Assembly: GCA_965215505.1 (NCBI GenBank)
Contig: OZ244065.1
Location: 5,120,001 to 5,184,000, forward strand
Length of the DNA: 64,000 nucleotides
Source of the DNA: Capsulimonadaceae bacterium
GTDB taxonomy: Bacteria; Armatimonadota; Armatimonadia; Armatimonadales; Capsulimonadaceae
Reading direction: 5' to 3'
Shown piece after piece: positions 58,225 through 64,000 of this stretch. How positions within the stretch are numbered: position 1 is the stretch's first letter; each line of letters opens with the position of its first letter. The translations under genes and the position numbers were made by a program. The notes under the pieces are model-generated. The model did no database searches and was not told where the DNA came from. It saw nothing but the letters and a program-made list of their open reading frames with translations.

Positions 58225-59418
58225 CTAGAACACCCGCCCGTGCGGGTCTTCCACGCGGATGCGGTGTTCGCGCTCACCTTCCGACGTGCTGGCCGGGACG
58301 GCAACCCGCAGATCGTCGCCGACGCGCAGGGGGGCGGGCTGTTTCAGGGCGACGCCATTGTGGAAGAGGGCAGGGGAGGGAACGCCCTCGCTCGGGGGGG
58401 CGGGCGTCAGCGTCGCGCCGCCGCGCTCAGCCTGGATGAAGGCGACGGGGGCGGCGACCCCGGCGAGCGGGAATGTGTCCGCGCTGCCCGACGCCATGCC
58501 GGCCGACCCGCCCAGGGCAAGCCGTGTGCCGGGCAGGAGGCGGAAGTCGCGCGGCAGGCCTCGGTCGCCGAGCTTCAGCCGCAGGGGATACGGCTTGCGG
58601 CGCGTCAGGAACCAGAAGAGCAGGCCGAGCAGCAGGGCGGCGAGGGCCGCGCCGAGGATCAGCGGCAGGAGCGAACCGCGCCCGCCCATGCCGGTGGGGG
58701 CGAGGATGGTGGGCGTCTCGGTCGTCGCGGTCGCGTCGGTGTCGCCCTGTCCCGGCCCGACCGGGAGGCGCTCGATGGGTCGGCCGTCGGGCGCGATGCC
58801 GACCCCGACCCCGTACTGATGCAGGCAGCCCTTCGCCGTCAGGGTCCGCAGCAGGCGCTCATAATCGCGGTTCTCGGGCGTCTTCGGGTAGACGGTCAGG
58901 CCCTTGAGCGTGTAGTAGGCCAGATACTTAGGGTAGTTCGGGTCGGCGAGGTCCGGCCGGTCGTTGAACGAGTCGGTCAGCAGAACGACCACGGCGGGGC
59001 AGGCGTCCTCGCGGGAGATCAGCTTCAAAGCCTCGTGGTGCGGCAGGCGGATGTTGGTGCCGTGGCCGGGCGCGGGTGCGGGCGGGATCTGGTCGATCAG
59101 CGGGTCCACGTCGGCGGCGGACGTCAGGGTTTTGTCGAAGACGGTCTTGTACCCCGTCCCGAAGGGGAGGAGGATGACGCGGTCGCCGACCGAACAGCCC
59201 TGGCGGAGCAGCGTGGCCGTGGCCGCGCGCTCCTCAGTGAAGACGCCGCCGTGCCGTGTGCTTTCGGTCACGTCGAAAACGAAGATGACGGTTTTGGCCT
59301 TCAGCGGCTTGATCCGCGCGGCGATGGCCGCCGGGGAGAGAGGTGCCGTGGCGTCCTGGGCGAGCGCCGGGACGAGCAGGCAGAAGAAGAGGGCAAGAGC
59401 GGGGAGAGATGGTTTCAT
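58225..59418 (-). CDS. Single-pass membrane protein: exported vWA domain, TM, cytoplasmic FHA-like domain
   Basis: Signal peptide, VIFVFDVTES (MIDAS-like), GTNI, VVVLLTDS, TM LLPLILGAALAALLLGLLFWFL, tail LFHNGVALKQPAPLRVGDDLRV. Confidence 0.75.
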   Translation of the reverse strand: MKPSLPALALFFCLLVPALAQDATAPLSPAAIAARIKPLKAKTVIFVFDVTESTRHGGVFTEERAATATLLRQGCSVGDRVILLPFGTGYKTVFDKTLTSAADVDPLIDQIPPAPAPGHGTNIRLPHHEALKLISREDACPAVVVLLTDSFNDRPDLADPNYPKYLAYYTLKGLTVYPKTPENRDYERLLRTLTAKGCLHQYGVGVGIAPDGRPIERLPVGPGQGDTDATATTETPTILAPTGMGGRGSLLPLILGAALAALLLGLLFWFLTRRKPYPLRLKLGDRGLPRDFRLLPGTRLALGGSAGMASGSADTFPLAGVAAPVAFIQAERGGATLTPAPPSEGVPSPALFHNGVALKQPAPLRVGDDLRVAVPASTSEGEREHRIRVEDPHGRVF

Positions 59419-59453
59419 GGGGCCTCAGAAGTCGGCGTCAGTGGTGTGCGGCG

Positions 59454-61073
59454 TCAGCGGAGTGTCAGCAGCCACGCGCCGAGCAGGCCCAGCGAGGAGG
59501 CCAAGGCCAGCACGGCGGGGATGCAGCCAACCTTGCCGACGCCGCCCGGCAGGGCGTCCCCGCCCGCGCGCACGACGCGGACGCGGACTTCGCAGGTCAT
59601 GTCGCGCCAGACGGGCTTGGGGCCGAGCAAAGTCTCCGTCAGGATGCTGGTCGTGAAGGTCACCTCGGCCCGGTAGTCGCCCCCAGCCAGGCCCACGGCG
59701 TCCACGGCGAAGCCGAGATACTGCGTCTCGCCCGGCTCGATCCAGACCGCGCGCAGGTCGCCGGGGTAGGTCAGCCACTTGGGGCGCGTGTGCAGCCGGT
59801 CCACCCGCAGCCGCGTTGGCCCGATGTTGCGGACGCCCAGGTGCAGGACGCCGTGCTGGCCGTAGCGCACCAGGCCGGGGTCCGGCTCCTGGACGCAGGC
59901 GATGCCGGGGTGGTCGCCGTTCGCCGGCTGGCCCGCCGGTGCCGGCGTCGGCGGCGGGTGGTGCAGGTTCTCCGCCAGCGGGACCGTGCCCGACGCCTCC
60001 TCCGGGTTGATGCCCCGGACCAGGACGGGGACCGCCACCGTCTGCTCCGGCCAGGCCGCGCCGGGCGGCGGCGCGGCGGCCAGCAGGCCGTCGTTCGAGC
60101 GCACCGTCAGGGTCGCCTGGTACGCGCCCGGCTCCAGACGCGCCCCGGACAAGGTCCAGATCAGGTCGCCACCCGTGCCCGGCGCGAGGTCCACCGGGTT
60201 GAAGCGGTTCGGCAGGTTCAGCCAGACCACGTCCGAGGCCACCGATTCGACGTGCAGCGGCGCGTCCCCCTCGTTGTCCAGGGCCAGCGTCACGGTCGTG
60301 CCGCCGCCGGGGGCCAGGGTCGCCGTGGGCGGGGAGAGGCCGCAGACCAGGCGCGCGCCCAGGCGCGTCCGCACCGCGCTGTCTGCCTCCATGTCGGCCG
60401 CGTCGAAGCCCAGCAGGGCGGCCATGCGGGCGATGGCGTCCAGCTTGTACCGCAGCTCCTCGGCGGACTGTGTCGTCTGCTGCATCTCGGTCAGGTTCCG
60501 CAGCAGGCGCGTCCGCGCCTCAGTCCCCGCCTCGTCGTCGGCGGGCCTGGCGGGCAGGAACTCTTTATAAAGCTGGCACAGGCCGACGAAGTCCGCGCGG
60601 GTCGGCGTCCCGTCCGGTCCGGCAAGACCCGGCGCGCGGGCGAAGTCGGAGAGCAGGGCGATGTCCGGGAACCGGCCGTCCACCAGGACGTTTTCCGCCG
60701 TCACCGCCCCGTGCGCCAGCCCCGCGCCGTGGGCATAGTCCAGGGCGTCCAGGAGGGGCAGCAGTCGGGCGTGGAGCCGGTCGAAGGCGCGCAGGGCGAG
60801 GTCGGACAGGGCCAGCCGCAGGTTGCAGCCGCTCACCCAGTCCCGGATGACATAGAAGCCGTCCCCGTCGCGCAGCCAGCGCCGCGTCGGGACGATCCGG
60901 GGGTGACGCAGGGCCAGCGCCTGCGTCGCCCGCGTCTTCGCCTCGTCGCCGGGCAGCCGCTTGATCAGGACGCGCCGCCCCCCCTCCGGCTCCCGCGCCG
61001 TCCAGGCGGCTGCGCCGGACGCGGAGGGGGGGAGGGAAAGCACCTCTTCAAACTGTGACAGGACACGGTCCAT
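59454..61073 (-). CDS. Hanks-type pseudokinase with two Ig-like domains and C-terminal TM
   Basis: RVLIKRL, LRHPRIV, LDYAH..GLAHGAVTAENVLV (no catalytic Asp), SDFA; two xNxG..L.V...WL Ig-like repeats; hydrophobic C-terminus. Confidence 0.75.
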   Translation of the reverse strand: MDRVLSQFEEVLSLPPSASGAAAWTAREPEGGRRVLIKRLPGDEAKTRATQALALRHPRIVPTRRWLRDGDGFYVIRDWVSGCNLRLALSDLALRAFDRLHARLLPLLDALDYAHGAGLAHGAVTAENVLVDGRFPDIALLSDFARAPGLAGPDGTPTRADFVGLCQLYKEFLPARPADDEAGTEARTRLLRNLTEMQQTTQSAEELRYKLDAIARMAALLGFDAADMEADSAVRTRLGARLVCGLSPPTATLAPGGGTTVTLALDNEGDAPLHVESVASDVVWLNLPNRFNPVDLAPGTGGDLIWTLSGARLEPGAYQATLTVRSNDGLLAAAPPPGAAWPEQTVAVPVLVRGINPEEASGTVPLAENLHHPPPTPAPAGQPANGDHPGIACVQEPDPGLVRYGQHGVLHLGVRNIGPTRLRVDRLHTRPKWLTYPGDLRAVWIEPGETQYLGFAVDAVGLAGGDYRAEVTFTTSILTETLLGPKPVWRDMTCEVRVRVVRAGGDALPGGVGKVGCIPAVLALASSLGLLGAWLLTLR

Positions 61074-61149
61074 ACCCTATCAGTCTACCGCAAAACGGGC
61101 GAAAAGCGGTGACCGCCCCGCAACAGCGCGAACGGGGTATAAACACGCC

Positions 61150-61503
61150 ATGAAACTGTTTTCCACGCGGACGCACGGCGTCCTTGACTATTCCTCGGTC
61201 GTCCTGCTGCTCGCCCTGCCCCGAGTTCTGGGCTGGAGCAAGCCCGTCACAAACCTGCTGACCGGCTCGGCCCTGGCGACGCTGATTTACAGCCTCCTGA
61301 CCCGCTATGAGCTGGGCGCGGTCAAATGCCTGCCGATGCCCGCCCATCTCGCCCTGGATCGTACAAGTGGAATCGCCCTCTGCGTCGCGGCGGGGGCGAT
61401 GTCGAACGAGCCGGCCCCGGTGCGCGCGGCCCTGCTGGGCCTGGGCCTGTTTGAAGTCACCGCGTCGCTGACGACGGAAACCGCCCCGCGCCCCGAGGCT
61501 TAA
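61150..61503 (+). CDS. Small membrane protein (SPW-repeat-like)
   Basis: STRTHGVLDY, YSLLTRYELG, MPAHLALD. Confidence 0.7.
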   Translation: MKLFSTRTHGVLDYSSVVLLLALPRVLGWSKPVTNLLTGSALATLIYSLLTRYELGAVKCLPMPAHLALDRTSGIALCVAAGAMSNEPAPVRAALLGLGLFEVTASLTTETAPRPEA

Positions 61504-61547
61504 CGCGCCTCGGCTTGTGGGTACAGAATGGCCGGAGGCCTAATCGC

Positions 61548-62000
61548 ATGACTGTTGGACAGATAATGACGGCGTACCCCGAGGTGCTGGGGCCGGAGGA
61601 CACGATCCAGAAGGCGGCCAAGATGATGCGGGACCACGACTACGGCGTCATCCCGCTCGTTGACGGCGACAGCGCCCTCGTCGGCATCGTCACCGACCGG
61701 GACATCGTGGTCAAGGCCGTCGCCTCCGGTCACGGGCCGGAGACGGCCCTGCGCGAGTGCATGACGCCCGATCCGGATTCGGTCCCGAAAGACATTCCCA
61801 TTGAACACGCCCTGCATGTGATGAACACGCGCCAGATTCGCCGCCTCCCCGTGGTCGAGTATGGCCGGCTGATCGGCATGATCTCCCTTGGCGACATCGC
61901 CAAGAGCCAGACGCCCGGCGCGGAAACGCTGAAGACATTAGAGAGCGTCTCGGCGGGCGGCTCCGAGGTCCGCCCCGGCGCGGGCCTGCCCGAAGCCTAG
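61548..62000 (+). CDS. CBS-domain protein
   Basis: [32 protein letters not shown]. Confidence 0.9.
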   Translation: MTVGQIMTAYPEVLGPEDTIQKAAKMMRDHDYGVIPLVDGDSALVGIVTDRDIVVKAVASGHGPETALRECMTPDPDSVPKDIPIEHALHVMNTRQIRRLPVVEYGRLIGMISLGDIAKSQTPGAETLKTLESVSAGGSEVRPGAGLPEA

Positions 62001-62004
62001 CCAC

Positions 62005-62691
62005 ATGACGCCTTTAGAAATCGCGGAGCGCCTGCGCGGCGGCCTTGTCGTCTCGTGCCAGGCTTTGCCGCGTGAGCCGCTTTTCGGGTCCGACATCATG
62101 GCCCGCCTCGCCGGCGCCGCCCAGGCGGGCGGGGCGGCCGGCATCCGTGCTAACAGCCCCGCCGACATCGCCGCCATCCGCGCCGCCTCCGATCTGCCAC
62201 TCATCGGCCTGTCCAAAGTAGACGTGCCCAACTTCGACGTCTACATCACGCCGACACTGGCCGACGCTTTGGCTGTATCACAGGCGGGCGCGGACGTCAT
62301 CGCCCTCGACGCCACTTCCCGCCCGCACCCGGAAGGGCTGACGGCGGATTTTATCCGCCGCGTCCGCGCCGAAACCGGCAAGCCGGTCCTGGCCGACATC
62401 TCCACCGACGATGAGGCACTGGAAGCGCAGGAGGCCGGGGCCGATTTTATTTCCACCACCATGTCAGGCTATACCCCCTACAGCCCGCAGTCGGAGGAGC
62501 CTGACCTGGACCTCGTCCGCCGCCTCGCTGCCGTCCTGACCGTCCCCCTCATCGCCGAGGGCCGCATCGCGACGCCCGAACAGGCGCGGGCCGCGCTGGA
62601 CGCCGGGGCCTGGGCGGTCATCGTCGGCGGGGCCATCACACGGCCCCAGCAGATCACCGAGCGGTTCCTACGGGCGATCAAGGGCCGATGA
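62005..62691 (+). CDS. nanE: N-acetylmannosamine-6-phosphate 2-epimerase
   Basis: [39 protein letters not shown]. Confidence 0.94.
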   Translation: MTPLEIAERLRGGLVVSCQALPREPLFGSDIMARLAGAAQAGGAAGIRANSPADIAAIRAASDLPLIGLSKVDVPNFDVYITPTLADALAVSQAGADVIALDATSRPHPEGLTADFIRRVRAETGKPVLADISTDDEALEAQEAGADFISTTMSGYTPYSPQSEEPDLDLVRRLAAVLTVPLIAEGRIATPEQARAALDAGAWAVIVGGAITRPQQITERFLRAIKGR

Positions 62692-63581
62692 CGCTCTCCC
62701 TCGGCATCGACATCGGCGGCACGAAGATCGCGGGCGGCATCGTCACAAGCGAGGGCCACGCACTGCTCTCGGACCGCCGCCCGACCCCGCTGACCGGCGG
62801 CGCGGCCATTCTGGAAACGGCCCTCAGCCTTGCTCGCGTACTGCGAGACGCCGCGCCCGAACCTTTGACTACCATCGGCGTCGGCACGGGTGGGCAGGTA
62901 GATGCAAAACGCGGCGTCATCGTCTCCGCCACCGACCTTCTGCCCGGCTGGGCCAGCACGGACGTCAAGGCGGCTCTCGAGCAAGCTTTCGGCCTTCCCT
63001 GCTCCGTGGACAACGACGTCAACGCGCTGGCCGTCGGCGAAGCGCGCTTCGGGGCCGGGCGCGGCCTAGAAACCGTCCTGTACCTCGCCCTTGGAACCGG
63101 CGTCGGCGGCGCGCTGCTTTTGAACGGTAATGTCCATCACGGCGCGACCTGGACCGGGGGTGAGTTCGGCCACCTGCTGCTGACGACCGACGAAGCCGCG
63201 CCGCGCAAGACTTTGGAGGATTGGGCCGGCGGGCCTGGCCTGCTCCGGACGTACCGCGAGCTGACCGGGGCCGGGCTGGAAGTCACCGGCGAAGCCGTCG
63301 CCGCCGAAGCCGCGCAAGACCCTGACGGCCCGGCGGCGCGAGCCGTCACCCGCACCGGCGAATGCCTCGGCTTCGGGCTGGCGGGCCTCGCCAACGCCCT
63401 CGACCCAGACTTGATCGTCATCGGCGGTGGGCTGGTCGCCCTGGGCGACGCCCTGCTGGACCCCGCCCGCCGCATCCTGCGTCGGTATGCCCTGCCCGGC
63501 CCCGCTCGCTGCCCCGTCGTTCCGGCCGCGCTCGGGGCGGACGCGGCGGTCATCGGCGCGGCGGCGCTGGGGATGACCTAG
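62688..63581 (+). CDS. ROK-family sugar kinase (NanK-like)
   Basis: [32 protein letters not shown]. Confidence 0.9.
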   Translation: MTLSLGIDIGGTKIAGGIVTSEGHALLSDRRPTPLTGGAAILETALSLARVLRDAAPEPLTTIGVGTGGQVDAKRGVIVSATDLLPGWASTDVKAALEQAFGLPCSVDNDVNALAVGEARFGAGRGLETVLYLALGTGVGGALLLNGNVHHGATWTGGEFGHLLLTTDEAAPRKTLEDWAGGPGLLRTYRELTGAGLEVTGEAVAAEAAQDPDGPAARAVTRTGECLGFGLAGLANALDPDLIVIGGGLVALGDALLDPARRILRRYALPGPARCPVVPAALGADAAVIGAAALGMT

Positions 63582-63655
63582 CCCTAGCGGAAAGGCGAGA
63601 GAACAGAAGGGCGAGAGAACAGAAGGTTCGCCTCCACGCCGCGCTGGCCTAACCC

Positions 63656-63681
63656 GTAGGGGCGAACCTTGTGTTCGCCCT
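63656..63681. repeat. GTAG-family REP
   Basis: Identical to 18246-18271. Confidence 0.85.
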
Positions 63682-63709
63682 TCCCATCTGGTCAACCCTC
63701 GCAAAAACC

Positions 63710-64000
63710 ATGTCCACACCACTCACCATCGCCCTCGTCCCTCTGGACGAGCGTCCCGTCAACACGCGCTACCCGCAAATGCTCGGGGCCATCGGCGGCG
63801 CGAACGTCCTGCTGCCGCCGCCCGGAATCCGTGGATTGCAGCGCGCCCCTGCTGACCTGGAGGCCGTTGCCGATTGGCTCCAACAGGCAGCGGCGACGGC
63901 AGACGCGGCCATCGTTTCCGCCGACTACCTCGGTTTCGGCAACCTCATCAATGCCCGCATCTCCCAGGACAGCGCCGCCCGTGTCCTCGCCCGCCTGGAC
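63710..64000 (+). CDS. DUF4127-family protein, truncated by the window end
   Basis: MSTPLTIALVPLDERPVNTRYP...LLPP...DWL...IVSADYLGFGNLINAR. Confidence 0.75.
   Translation, partial: MSTPLTIALVPLDERPVNTRYPQMLGAIGGANVLLPPPGIRGLQRAPADLEAVADWLQQAAATADAAIVSADYLGFGNLINARISQDSAARVLARLD

Overview
High-GC bacterial chromosome segment. My inference is a Terrabacteria diderm, most likely Armatimonadota, based on a Firmicute-style flagellar gene order, a monoderm-type DnaK and an outer-membrane beta-barrel gene. From left to right the window holds: a truncated secreted beta-helix protein with 52-aa repeats, a CPBP/CAAX protease, nested REP elements and two paralogous orphan genes; a flagellar/chemotaxis block (thioredoxin-like gene, MCP, motE-like gene, SLT, fliJ-I-H-G-F-E, flgC-B); a heat-shock operon (hspR-rpoZ-dnaK-dnaJ-prmA-cbrC-rsmE-PHP phosphatase); rsgA and a DEAD-box helicase; a MarR-YcaC-porin-CDGSH-ABM cassette; proline dehydrogenase, two Uma2 nucleases, rmlB, dxs and a frameshifted glycoside hydrolase. 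The most notable feature is a ~10.4-kb minus-strand cluster (50662-61073). It encodes a pseudokinase, a membrane-anchored vWA-FHA protein, several membrane proteins (two of them helical paralogs) and a 1122-aa divergent tubulin/FtsZ-like GTPase ending in a SHOCT domain. The window ends with nanE, a ROK kinase and DUF4127. I saw no rRNA, tRNA, CRISPR array or transposase. All family calls come from motif recognition by eye, not database searches.
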